Source: Podarcis cretensis (lineage: Eukaryota). Taken from it: 64,000 nt of DNA. Positions within the stretch are counted from its first letter, which is position 1, and the number at the start of each line of letters is the position of its first letter. Below are positions 40,733 to 53,680 of the stretch, in pieces. The position numbers and the translations under genes were made by a program. The stretch lies in the NCBI GenBank assembly GCA_951804945.1, contig OX638152.1:31806001-31870000 (forward strand), written 5' to 3'. The notes under the pieces are model-generated. The model ran no database searches. It saw only the letters and a program-made list of their open reading frames with translations, and had not been told where the DNA came from.

Positions 40733-41053
40733 CAGGGGTCAGCAACCTTTTTCAGCCATGGGTTGGTCCACTGTACCTCAGACCAAGTGGGGGGCCAGAC
40801 TATATTTTTTGGGGGGAAATGAACGAATTCCTATGCCCCACAAATAACCCAGAGGTGCATTTTAAATAAAAACACACATTCTGCTCATGTAAAAACACGA
40901 GGCAGGCCCCACAAATAACCCAGAGATGCATTCTAAATAAAAGGAGACATTCTACTAATGTGAAAACACGCTGATTCCTGGACAGCCCGTGGGCCAGATT
41001 GAGAAGGTGATTGAGCGACATCCAGCCCATTGGCCTTAGGTTGCCTACCCCTG
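40733..41053. mobile_element. hAT (Charlie/OC1-like) MITE with an internal tandem duplication of about 70 bp
   Basis: Same family as 23376-23623. Perfect 8-bp TSD gtttaaac. Confidence 0.93.
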
Positions 41054-41173
41054 GTTTAAACTAACTGGTTTATCCTCTTTTTGATGAAATGGCAAATAGT
41101 TGTTAGTTTAATAATGGAGATGTATGCTTCCAGTGTCCTTGTGGCTGCACTGGTAGAGGAGAATAGAAAGGGA

Positions 41174-41440
41174 CAAGTCTGGACCAAGACATTTTGTTGC
41201 CTGAAGCAAAGGATGAAATCGTGTCCTCCCTTTCCACAAACAGAAGTGGAGCGAGCTGGCAATTGCATCAACACTGTGGTGGCGGCAGGCTGATGTCAGC
41301 AGGCTGTCATAGGGGGTTCAGGGCAAATCACACAGCTCTATCAGCTCTGTCCTCTGAAATCTTGTCACTGATCCTTGTCTCCACAGCATCTGCCTCCTGA
41401 GGTGGCTGCCTCACTCCACGTCATGGTAGAGGCAGCCCTG
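41174..41440. mobile_element. Decayed MITE with CAGGGC-type termini; second copy in the opposite orientation at about 62036-62277
   Basis: ccaagacattttgttgcctgaagcaaag matches the reverse complement of ctttgcttcagacagaaaaatgtcttgg near 62240-62268. The other ends also correspond. Confidence 0.6.
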
Positions 41441-44139
41441 GAGAAGGAGCATAGGAGCCCTCCCATTATCTCAGGGCTGCTGTCTGTGTTTTTAAACCAT
41501 TATTGTTCCCTTGTTACAGATTGGGCAGAAGAAGAACAAATGGGAGACTTTTACTTGCCTTAGGGCAGGATGGTCAGAAAGTACATTGGGATCTACAGGT
41601 AGATTTACTCTGGGTGATGTGAAGTAGATCAGCAATGATTTCTGATTCAAGTCCCTAGTAGCAGTTTGTTATACCGTATTGGGAAGGAATTTCAGAAGGC
41701 AGGAGTGTCGGCTTGGCCCCATGACCATGAGTGCCCAGGGTCGTGGGTGCCCTGCAGCGTGTATGGCCCCGGTGCTGAAGTTTGTGGGTGCCCAGCCCCT
41801 TCATGGGGAATTCTGTGGGTGCTTGGGCACCCAGGGAGTCTGCACCTATGTTAGAAGGTGGGGGAAGGTTAAACTAGTAGAAAATCGAACTTTAGTACAA
41901 TTTAAAAAATAATAATAATTGAATGCAGATCTTTTTGTTGTTGTTGTTGTTTTTAAAAAGCCAAATATGGACAAATGGGATGAAGCAAACATAACACTGG
42001 AAAAATGAGAAATGGAAAGAACCCCAAACTTGAATATTATTAATTTATATACCATTTATATGCCAAAAATTGTCCTTCTGTAAATCAAACCCATGAATGC
42101 AAGAGGCAATTTTGTTGCCAGGGACTCTACACCTAGTCATTATCTTAGAGTTCCAGGATTATTGTAGTTTAGCAGAACAAGACTGTACATGTTTACTTTG
42201 AAACAGTGCTGAATAACGGAGGGAAATGCATGTGAACCCACATCCTCATAACTCCCAATTTTTGCTAATAGTGAACCCACATTTTTCTGATGAAATGTCA
42301 GAGATTTTTCTTACGCGTCCTCCCCCCTAGAAGAACATGAAAGTTTGCAGAAGGTGGGGGAAGGTTAAACTAGTAGAAGACCGAACTTTAGTACAATTTT
42401 AAACAATATTTTAGTATATCATTTCCTGTGCTATCAGTATAAAGAGGGCTATACACTGAAAATAGAAGAGAGTGGGTGTTTATATATGCACATTTTAATG
42501 TGTAGAGGATTGGTGGAGTTCATGGTGAGCTGGAAAATCCTCCTATTGCCTCCCATTTCATTCACAAGTGTATCTCCCACTTCATATGTTCTTTAGTTGC
42601 ACTTTACTATCTGACAAACATTTAGTGCTCCAGATTTCAAAGACATCATGTCTGATCTGAGGCTCTCTAGATATCTGCCTGTGCATCCTCAGAATAAATA
42701 ATACGAAGAGTAAACATACTGGACAATAACCTTCCTTGTCTCTGCAATGCAACTGAAGATGGCAAGGACAGAAACAGTGAATGCTGATGGTGGACAGGCG
42801 AAATGATATACAGAGAGCCAAATCAAGAGTCATTAGAATCCCACTTCTTTGCTCTGCTTGAATGCAAAGCCACCTAATTATTCTGAGATTAGCATAGCTC
42901 TAGAAGATGGCAATGTTGGGCATTTGACAGAACCCTAAAACCAGCAAAGGGTCCACTGCCCTCAAATTGCCACTTAGTACAAAGTATACAAGAAAATCAG
43001 ATGCAGCATAAGATAAATCTGTGCTGTTCTGCCTCTTCTGGATTAGGGCCATATTCACACCCTTTTCACATCACTTTAAACATTATGTGTGCCTGCTTGC
43101 TGAAGGAGGAGTAAGGACTTAACTAATAGGGGGAAGGTAGGGCAAGTGACCCCAGAATTAGCTCAGTATGAAGCGAGTGAACAGAAAGCAGTGCTTTGGG
43201 ATTAACACTACCAGCCTCCAATTCACACATGTTTGGTACAGATTGTTGAGAGCAAACTTGAAAACAAGAAATGTTGCTGATTTAACTTGGAATCCTGCCT
43301 GTGCGTGGACCTGCCTCTTGTCTTAAGTATCTCTGTTACTAGCAATTTACCAATGAGCTGATAACTTTCAGTTGGTTCTTGTGAGTCCTGGGAAAAGGTA
43401 GGACATTGCCTTGAGCTAAGAGTGAAAGAATGAGAGAATTCTCTGTTTACTATCCAATCATTTGGGAATGAAAATGGCAGGGGAGCTGCCCTGACTCTAT
43501 GAACCCTTTTTGGCAGTGCCTCAGGGTTGCTGATTTTTTTAGCAGAAGACAGTTGGAGAGTTGCAAGCTGACTTAATTGTCTGCAGTTCTTAGTGCCAAG
43601 TGCCCAAGGATAGAAGGCATGCAGGGAAGTCAGTTTCTAGAGGTCTGCGGAGGAGCTGGCACTCGGTTGCCTTTGAAAGAAGGAGAGCCTGCCAACTTGG
43701 CTTGGACTTGACGCTGATGAATGGAAGTGGGGCGAGAGGGAGAAGTCCTGCCACAGAGGAGCCACCTGGCCAGATGGAAAAGGCCAACTCCTAGCACATC
43801 TTCAGCTCAGGGGACAAGCCCTGGACAGATGTCTCTTTCCAAATTGACCTGGGAGGTAGGAGACAGGCAGAATAATGCAAAGGCATTGCAAAGGGACTAG
43901 AATGTTGGGCAGTCACTAGACTGAAAGGACTGCGTTATGGAGGGTGGTCGTTTGCACATCTTTTCTGGGCAATTCACCACAGTCATTTCCAAGTTAGGAA
44001 GATTGCTGGATTCCTGCTTCCTGCCCCTCCATATGCTTCTCCTTTACTGCTGTTTAATAGGTGGAAAATATTATCTGATAACATGTTTGTATTTCTGTGC
44101 TGCATTCCAGTGGTCTTTGAGTTTGCCTTTTTGGAACAG

Positions 44140-44495
44140 TCCCTAGCCCTAAATGGCCTTGGCCCAGAATATCTGAAGGAGTGTCTCCACCCACATCACT
44201 CAGCCCAGACACTGAGGTCCTCTGAGGGTCTTCTGCTGGTTCCCTCACTGCGAGAGGCAAAGTTACAGGGAACCAAGCAGAGGGCCTTCTCAGTAGTGGC
44301 GCCCTCTCTGTGGAATGCCCTCCCTTCAGATGTCAAGGAGATAAAGAATTACACAGCTTTTAGAAGGCAGCCCTGTATTGGGAAGTTTTTAACGCTTGAT
44401 GTTTTTATTATGTTTTTATATATTCTGTTAGCCGCCCAGAGTGGCTAGGGAAACCCAGCCAGATGTGTGGGGTATAAATAATAAAATTAGTATTG
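44140..44495 (+). mobile_element. L2 LINE 3' end
   Basis: ALNGLGPEYLKECL...RAFSVVAPSLWNALPSDVK followed by the 3' UTR and a short AT-rich tail. Confidence 0.9.
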
Positions 44496-45747
44496 TTAGT
44501 CACAAACACACAAAACCCTTTGGTGTGACAAAACAGAAGAAAGTGAAGTAGTGGATGATCTAATTAAATACAGTGATACTTCCATGGAAAATGACCAGAA
44601 TACACTGTGTGTAGATGTTAGCTGTTAATAAGGAGAGGGAATGACAAAAAGAGTACAATAAGTCTGAATCTTCTATATGCACTCAGAAGCAAAAATGAAC
44701 AAGACAATTGATTCCTCTGCAAGCAAACATAGTTCTTTTAAAAAAATGGTGCACAGCCTGGGAATGTGATTTTAAAGTTACTTGCAGAACCACAATAATA
44801 ATGATGGTGATAATAATATCATTGTTGACTGTGTTTCATTGCTCACCGTAGCTAAGAGCAGAATTCCCTTGCCCTCCAAACAAATCCGGTGAAAGGCAAG
44901 GGTAGTTGTGCAGGCAGCAAAACTTCACGGGTGCATCCATCAAATTCTGCAATGGGACCAGCGAAGCACACAGGCTGCAAGGCATCCGTAATGAGAACTG
45001 GAAAATGGAAAAAGCCTCAGCAGTAGGGGCTTAATAATTAATCAAAGCTGAAATTCTCTCTAACGAAGGCAGCAGCCCCAACAAACAGAAACAGAGAATT
45101 TAAGGAAGTAGTGCTCTGAGACAAGGAATAACTGAAAATGCAGGTCAGCAACACAGGAGGATACTGGAGGCACATCCTGGACTCCAAGAACCCAGCAGTT
45201 TTCATAACATCCTTTGTCTCCATCCTTTTAAGGAGGAGGAATTAAAGGGCTATATAAAGTTTAGCAGGATTTCCTGAAGCTGACTCACTCCACCCCTCTA
45301 GTAATTGAATTACCCTTTGACACACTCTTGGGGGAAGTGTCAGACTCCTCATATTAGCAAAGGGATGGGACACCTGTGGCCCTTCAGATGTTGTTGAGCT
45401 GCAATTATCATCATTTCTGACCATGCTAATGGTCACCAGAGGCCAAAAATATCCAAAGAACTACAGGCTCCCCATCCCTGCTGTAATATATGTGCCTCCT
45501 CAAAAGTCATAATTGTCAAGAACATGAAGCTGAATTTGAAAATGGTGGTCCCCGTGTTCTTTGTAATATGCAGAGTTACATTCCACCAGAACTACCACAA
45601 GTTTTAGTTGTGAAGCATTATTTCAGAACCCTTATTCATACCAATATATCAGTATACATGTTGATATTCATACAACATAAAACAATTTAACTATGACTTA
45701 CGGTATTCAAAAACATTCTTTGTCATTGTTTTTGTTATTACTGCTAC

Positions 45748-45882
45748 CAATGCTATTTTTCTAGAAAAAGAGGTGCTGGAACTCACCATGAACGCCTACC
45801 TTGTTCTCTTATAATAGCAATGGAGCCCACCTGAGAGATGCCGGAACTGAATTCGGCTGAGTTCTGGCTGAAAAAAGCCCTG
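45748..45882. mobile_element. Short hAT MITE
   Basis: Termini caatgctattttt / aaaaaagccctg with perfect 8-bp TSD actgctac. Confidence 0.85.
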
Positions 45883-47014
45883 ACTGCTACTACTAATAAT
45901 ATTAATATTTCTACCTGTGCTGATTATGCCACTTGAGGACACTTTATAACATAGGCAGAAAGGCAGTCTGGTAGGAACTAAATTATCCTGTAGGTGGATT
46001 TCAAAAAGAAAATCATTTCCACCCAATAAGCAACTGAAAGATTCATTGAGATAGCAGGAAAACAATCAAGATTGCCTAATTACCAAGCCATGTCACTTGG
46101 TATCTCTCTACCTCTTCATCTAGCTAATCCGTTCTTAGGCTACTCTATTACCCTAATGGTTTTGATCAGCTCCACCATCTGAACTCCAAGGGAAATGTTA
46201 AAGAGAAGTAGGGGGAAACCCTCTGTAAGGAAATACCCTTTATGCGTGTTGTTTCTGGGGTGTAGCCCTGCTGCCTTCCAAGATGCTGGAAAGCAAAAAG
46301 GCAGCATGGTATGCAATGCTGTCAGCAGCTTTTCCCACTGGGCAGACTCCATTATCTAGCATGCCCCATCGAAGGTCTGAATTGCAAACTGTGTTGAGGA
46401 ATTAAGTAAATACCGTGCATCTTATCTCTTCAGGAATGCCTGGTCACTCTCTCACAAGGGAGTCCAAGGGCTGTCAATAGCTGAAGGGCACTTTTATAAT
46501 TAGTGAGTGCCCCTGGCTGCAAAGGGAAATAGCATTCACCCACAATGTTACTGGATGAACCTGAGTTCATTTGGAAGCTATTCTGATGGTGGAAAACTTT
46601 CTCATGTAATAAAGATGCAATTGTATTGTTTAAAGTTCATTAGCTATCATTAAGAAATCTGCTCGTACCTAAAACATGCTTTTCATTTTTAAATTTTGTA
46701 TATATACTTTTCAAGATTTATTGTAAAATGTATAATGTCAGTCATTTTATTTTAGTGTAGTGCTGGAGCTCCCTTATTTAAATAACTTGGTGGTGGTTTA
46801 AAGTGTAAGTCTTTACTAGATTGGTTTTTTCACCTAGACAGATGAAAATCTTTCATTTTCATAGCACATAGAAAGAAATGATGTTAGTAATTGTGAAGAG
46901 GGAACCTTAAATTGCATTGGAAATGAAGGCCCAGGAAGGATGCTTCTTCCAAGCAATGAAAAGGAACTTTGATGGTCCATTGAACACATGATTTAGAATA
47001 ACCCCTAGACATAA

Positions 47015-47262
47015 AGAAGGCAGGTCCTAAACCAACAAGTTCAAATTCCATGAAAAATCATTGTGGCTAAACATTGGGGGGAACTGCCTGACAATACAAG
47101 CTTCTTCAACAACGCAAGCAGACTGTGCATTCTGCTTCCTTAGACATTTTTCAACAGAGGCTGGATGGCCACCTGCCAGAGATACTGTTGCAGTACATTT
47201 TCTCAATCAGCAGGGGTTGGAGAAGATGACCTTTGAGGTGCCTCCCAGCTCTATGATTCTAT
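47015..47262 (+). mobile_element. Old CR1 3' end
   Basis: cagaggctggatggccacctg...caggggttggagaagatgacctttgaggtgcctcccagctctatgattctat. Confidence 0.8.
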
Positions 47263-50200
47263 ACGTCGGTCCTTGAGGAGAGGTTCGCAGTCCGTTTGGG
47301 GCCTCACCTCATGCTTTCCCTGCCTCAGTTATAATTTTCTAACACTGCTTCTTTTATGAGTCAAATGGCCTGTTACTTTTAAAGGAGATGGGCATGTTTT
47401 TTGGGGTTATGTTCATCTCTTAAGATGCATGTAAGTGCATTTAATGAAAGCATATAACGGTTGTTCTGAAGTGCAGAACTAGTCCCTACAAAATAGATGA
47501 TGACACTAAGTACACCCACAAACAGAATGTGGAGTCCCGTAACAATGCTGCTGACACAGTTGCACTCAGTGAAATGTAATAGCATAGCAAGAGAATGCCC
47601 AGGCTTTTTCACAGCTTTAGTAAAGGCCGCTCTATTAAATCTGTCCTCCTGTGAGTCTTTAAACCTTATAAGGATCAGACAAAACTCAGTCTGAATCATA
47701 TCAGGCGGGCCTGTGATTGAACACAGATTCTGCCGCTTGGGCCAGATGTGTGATTTCTTTGGAGAGTATATACTAGGTTTCACACTAGTCATTCTGATAG
47801 GATACAGTATTATTCAGGTTTCCTCACTGAAATGCTGATAATGTAATGGAAGTATTTTAATCTATCTTTCCACCATCCAACTCAAAGTCACCTTGCCTCT
47901 GGCTGGCCAGCCTCACAGCCAGTCTTGAATTAGTAATGGGTGCATATGCTTAACTGTATGTGTGACAACAGAATTGTTAAAATGAAGGTGGTTCTTTGGT
48001 TACAGTAGAATGCCACTGTTAGGTGTTTACTATTTTGACTAATCCAGTAAAACACGATAAAACAAAAAAAGCTAGTTTTAAAATGTCATTACTGTGGTAT
48101 CCTATGTCTTTAGAAGTGAGAGCCTTTTTGGTGCATTTGCTTAGAACTGCCAGAATGTAGTATGGCTTGTTCCAAATCCTCAGCCAATCGGTGCTGACTT
48201 CAGGATTTGGGGAGCATCTCTCTAAGCTGCAGCCCTTCCCCATGTTTGGGACATGGTACAAAAACAGTGTACGCCAAGTTACGTTTTCAGCATTTTACCA
48301 GCAACCAAGACAATTTCAACAAATTAAAACTGAAGTTCCAAGTATATTTATGCATTAAAAACCCATTCACCTTTGGTGATCTGGGAGATGGGTGCTTGAA
48401 TCTGTCAGTATTTCTTTAGCAGGGTGTTTTTCTATAAATGGAACGGAGATGTTTATATCCACAAGCAAACTGGAGCCATCCCCAACCACACTCGGCTGAA
48501 TGTTCTTTGATGTTGTGCTCCTTGAAATATAGCCTTTTAGGACACGAATACGCTCGCACTGTTCCTCAGTATCCCAGGACAGCACTAAAGATGCATCTGT
48601 GTTTATGTGCAAAAATGCAGCTGTCCCTTTCCTATTGCTGCCATAGAGAGAAAGAAGTACTCCAGGAAGGCTTGCTCGTAAGATGAGCATCCTGGCACTG
48701 GAAGGTTGGCTTGCTGGTTGTTCCTTGGGGGGGATTTCTCCGGAGAAGAAAAAAGCTTTCATGGTTAGGTTACAAGCAGATATTTCCCCCTTTAGTTTCA
48801 GCTTCGCACTTGTTGAGGAACAAAGGAGAGTTGATCTAGAGGGAAAGAACACAAGTCATCTATTAAATCACTTTGGTTATGGATCTCTTTGGTATTATAA
48901 ATGGAGACCTGGTGTAAATACACCCTTGAAAGTGGAGATAACCTAGTTATAAACAGGGAGTACGTTGCCAGTTTATTCGGATCAAATGGCTAGAGTGAAA
49001 GCATTAAATAAATTCATGATCAAATAGGACATGGGCCTACTAAATAAACAAACAAATAAATGAGCAGACAGACAAACAACAGCCCAGAATGCTAGGAAGA
49101 AGCCCTAGCACAATCCCCATGGGAAATATAACGTTGCCGTAGGAAAGCTGGCAAAGGAATGAAGCTAATAAATGAGAAATATATACTGGAGCAGCTCTAC
49201 AGCCCAACAGTGAATTGCACAGTTTTATACCCAAATAAAGTCGACCACTTTTATTTATTTATTTACTTGATGATGCTACTTAAAGAGCTCCAAATAAATA
49301 TTGAGCATTTAGGGAGAAAGCAGCAAGAGTTTTCTGCTCTTTAATAAATGCATACGTAGAAGAGTTGTGGGTGCTAGGTGTTCAAGTCTCAAAGACAAGA
49401 CCCAGAAGTTGTAGATTCTATACCATGGAGATTAAATACTGATATTAATATTACAGTGGCAGTGAAATTGAGGCAAGGGACTATTCTTTTAATGGTAAGA
49501 AATACACTGCAGATGAACAGGGTATGGGCAATGCATTCTGGAAAAGAGTCTATACAGCCATTCCTATTCAGTTTTTGGAGATGCAAAGGAAGAAAATAGA
49601 ATTTGTTTAAAGGTGTGTTAAAGCATTGAATGCATCTTTTGTCTTTTTCACAGTGCCAAAGAAATAATGTGTGTATATTTTTTAGCCAGAATGTTTAGCC
49701 TTCTGTTATGCTTTCTAAATAGCAATGTCCTTGTGCATATTGTTTGTTTTTTTGCAAGTATTCGTTACTATTATAAAAGGGAGGGAGACTCTTGAAGTAC
49801 AACTTATTTTATGGTAAAAACTGTTCATTAACTTACATTGGACATTTCTGAATGGATAGTCAAAATAATTTTAGGTTCTCTAATTTACTGAATGGTTGCA
49901 TGGCAGTTAAGAGGAAGGTAAATCATCAGTCCCTTAGACATCTTGAGACCCTCCAGACATCCTTTCCATTTCACAACCATGACTACTTTTTCTCATGGTG
50001 ATATCAAGGCACTCTCCCTCTTTCAATACATTTTGCACCTGCAAAATAGATGCAGCAGTCATATTGCTTTGTTCCCAATTGGTGCATATTGTGTAACATC
50101 CTGCTGAAATCCTGCAGTGTTTCATACTTCAAAACTTTGGGAGAGGGGATATATGTCCTGCTTTTGTTTCACTTTAGCACAAGTGTACCCCTCCAGTTGG

Positions 50201-50532
50201 TGATAACATGGTAAAAACGCAGAAGCATCACACAACAACTAAGAAAGTGGAATGGTGTGTGGATGGTCTGGTATAAATCCATCACTCATGCACTATTATT
50301 GCATCAGTGACTTCTTTCAGAATACATCTAAAAAATTCTACACAAAATGCCTTAAAGTCAAAGAGGGGGTGGATACCTGCAGGTGAGTGTTCCACTGCGT
50401 AGGACAGGTGACACTAAATTCCTAACCTCTTTAGGGTCAGTTGGGCCCCTGTAACATGGGGGCAATTAACAGCATTCCTCCAGATGATTTCAGTTATTGG
50501 ACTGGGATATAAGGTCTCAGCAATCCTTAAGG

Positions 50533-50668
50533 CAGGCATTCCCAAACTCAGGCCTCCAGATGTTTTGGGACTACAATTCCCATCATCCCTGACCACTAGT
50601 CCTGTTAGCTAGGGATGATGGGAGTTGTAGTCCCAAAACATCTGGAGAGCCGAGTTTAGGGATGCCTG
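50533..50668. mobile_element. Short palindromic hAT MITE nested in L2
   Basis: TIRs caggcattcccaaactc / gagtttagggatgcctg with perfect 8-bp TSD ccttaagg. Confidence 0.93.
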
Positions 50669-51359
50669 CCTTAAGGTATCCTGGACCCAAGTTGTTCAGG
50701 GCTTTGAATATCGACACAAGAACCTTAAACCAGGCCTGGTAGGAAATGGGCAGCCAGTGCAGATGTTTTAGCAAAGGTGTTGTGTGCTGTCAGCCTTCTG
50801 TCCCATCAGCCATTTAGCCACTGCATTTCATACTACTTGGAGTTTCTGGACCAGTCCCAAGAGCAGCCCCACATATAGCGCATTGTATTAATCCAATATT
50901 GAAGTTACCAATGCATGGGCGACTGTGGCCAAATTACCATGATACCGATATGGCTGTAGTTGGCATATCAGACGAAGCCTGCAAAAGGCATAATAATAAT
51001 AATAACAACAACAGCAATAATATCTTAACCACAGAACTCATTTGACACAGATGTATCTAGGAATACTCCCAAAATACATACCTGCTCCTTTAGAGGGAAT
51101 GCAACCCCATCCAGAACATGCAAATACCTACCTTACAGACATGGGAACCACCTACCCCACAGAGCCTCAATTTTTCAAGGATTCAAGTTCAGTTTATTGG
51201 CCTTCATAAATGCACAGGCCCAAGGCACTCAATCAGCCTCTCCTTAATGAGATGTTATGGTGTAACAGAGCTGCATGTCATCAGCTGCTGCGCTCCAAAA
51301 CACCTAGTGACTGCTCCCAAGAGCTTCATATAAAAGTTAAATAACATTGGGGACAAAAT

Positions 51360-52115
51360 GTTGTTGTAGTTGTTTAGTCGTTTAGTCGTGTCCGACTCTT
51401 CGTGAACCCATGGACCCGAGCACGCCAGGCACTCCTGTCTTCCACTGCCTCCCGCAGTCTGCTCAAACTCATGCTGGTAGCCTCGAGAACACTATCCAAC
51501 CATCTCATCCTCTGTCGTCCCCTTCTCCTTGTGCCCTCCATCTTTCCCAACATCAGGGTCTTTTCCAGGGAGTCTTCTCTTCTCATGAGGTGGCCAAAGT
51601 ATTGGAGCCTCAGCTTCATGATCTGTCCTTCCAGTGAGCACTCAGGGCTGATTTCCTTAAGAATTGATACATTTGATCTTCTTGCAGTCCATGGGACTCT
51701 CAAGAGTCTCCCCAGCACCATAACTCAAAAGCAGCAATTCTTCGGTGATCAGCCTTCTTTATGGTCCAGCTCTCACTTCCATACATCACTACTGGGAAGA
51801 CCATGACTTTAACTATACGGACCTTTGTTGGTAAGGTGATGTCTCTGCTTTTTAAGATGTTGTCTAGGTTTGCCATTGCCTTTCTCCCAAGGAGCAGGCC
51901 TCTTTTAATTTCGTGACTGCCCCTTCATGGATCACTGCCTTGCCGTGGCGAAGGGGCTTGAATAACTCAGAGAAGCTATGAGCTATGCCGTGCAAGGCCA
52001 CCCAAGATGGACAGGTCATAGTGGAGAGTTTTGACCAAACGTGATCCACCTGGAGCAGGAACCGGCAAGCCACTCCAGTATCCCTGCCAAGAAAACTCCA
52101 TGGACAAAGACAACA
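51360..52115 (-). mobile_element. Bov-B (RTE clade) LINE insertion: 3' end on the minus strand (51360-51920) joined to an inverted 5' segment (51921-52115)
   Basis: LLRVPWTARRSN..ILKEISPECSLEG..LRLQYFGHLMRR..SLEKTLMLGK.EG.RRRGRQR.RWLD and a (CAA)n tail. 11-bp TSD ggggacaaaat at 51349-51359 and 52116-52126. Confidence 0.93.
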
Positions 52116-52451
52116 GGGGACAAAATAGTGCCCTGCAAAACCCCATAACACAAGTGTTACCTGATGTCCTTCTCTGGATTCAATCACAAATGTAGGGATG
52201 GAACCACCGGAATACAGTGCATCTGATATTCAGGTCACACAGTCAGTCTTGATTCAGTCCCAAAACAAGGCCTAAACTCAGATTGAAGTACATAGATTCA
52301 CATAATCAGCTTTATCCAGGAACACCTGAAGTTGCATCTTCCCCATGTACATATACATACATATACACATATAATTTTAGATATCTCTCTCTCTCTGTAT
52401 AAGAGATAGGCTTCTCCTTTGTGAATTCTAAAAAGAGAAGCATATAGATTA

Positions 52452-52710
52452 CCGTATTTTTTGCTCTATAAGACTCACTTTTTCCCTCCTAAAAAGTAAG
52501 GGGAAATGTGTGTGCTTCTTATGGAGCGAATGCAGGCTGTGCAGCTATCACAGAAGCCAGAACAGCAAAAGGGATTGCTGCTTTCACTGCGCAGCGATCC
52601 CTCTTGCTTTTCTGGCTTCTGAGATTCAGAATATTTTTTTTTCTTGTTTTCCTCCTCCAAAAACTAGGTGCATCTTGTGTCTGGTGCGTCTTATAGAGCG
52701 AAAAATACGG
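52452..52710. mobile_element. Tc1/mariner (Tc2-like CCGTA termini) MITE
   Basis: 23-bp TIRs ccgtattttttgctctataagac / gtcttatagagcgaaaaatacgg, TA TSD and an internal hairpin. Confidence 0.92.
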
Positions 52711-53435
52711 TATATGTATGCAGAGTTTGCACGATCATTGCTGAGTACCAAAAAGTATCACTTGAAGCCGCAAAATGAAACAAAAAGCCTCACCCTGTCA
52801 TTTTGATGCAAGGTAGCATATGCAAAATACATTGAAGGCAATGTTAAAACAGATGAGAATCCTATTTAGAAATGGCAGTGAAAATAGCCACAAATGAAAC
52901 AAAATAGACTACAATGCAAAATGATTTGCTTCTGTCTGGTGGCATGTTAAGAGACTGAAATAAATTGCAATTCAGATTCTGCCCTGTTCCTACTTAACTT
53001 CCATGAACATTTTTCAGTTAGCCTGTGAGGCAGTGGACATGAATCTCTATCTCTTCTTGTTTAGCATTGGTTTTTACCTCTGCTATCAAGCTTTAAAGCT
53101 ACTGGGTGAATGGGGAACTCAAAGCCATGTACACATTTACGAGATAATTGTGAGGGGGGGCTTCAGAACCTAAAGGGAATGAGAGTGCTCATGACATGAT
53201 TCCTGCTAGATGGTAGAGTGGGCAATAAGTCCTATAGTCCATGTGCATTGTGACATTCACCTAAAACTCCTATATGGATGAAAGGAAACCCATGCAGAGA
53301 GCTCAAAATGAACTCTGAAACAAGAAGGTTTCCAGTTCTAGACTTCTGAAGCCGCCCTCTCCCCTCTAGATCCATTTTGGATCAGGCCCAGACCTTTTGG
53401 GGTGGCCTAGAGCAGAACAACCAAGTACAGGCATA

Positions 53436-53469
<34 letters not shown>

Positions 53470-53680
53470 CTGCTCTTCATATGTAGATCTTTAGGACAAT
53501 TCACAACATAAAAATACAAGATAAAAACACAATATACATAATAAAAAATGAGAACAACCCCCCCCCCATCCTCCTTCCCTCCATGTACCATCCCACAAAC
53601 ACATATAAAAGAGTAAAGGATGTTAATCAGCCAAAGGCTTGGTTGGAGACAAATGTTTTCACCTGGCCCCTAAAGGTGTA
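53436..53680 (-). mobile_element. L2-type 3' end with (AAT)n tail
   Basis: Matches the tail fragment at about 35195-35345 (ttcacaacat.a.aatacaagataaaa). Confidence 0.65.

Larger units (their letters stand above)
50410..52260 (-). mobile_element. Old L2 LINE (RT to C-terminus), split by a hAT MITE and a Bov-B insertion
   Basis: Encodes LHWLPISYQAWFKVLVSIFKALNNLGPGYLK. Removing Bov-B restores GVLQGTILSPMLFNFYMKLLG...ADDMQL. Confidence 0.85.

Noticed and set aside
48367-48852. 161-aa minus-strand ORF
   Set aside because: No recognisable homology, non-ATG start, and no convincing splice context.
48871-48898. ctttggttat, matching the start of miR-9
   Set aside because: The match stops after 10 nt and there is no complementary star arm or hairpin.
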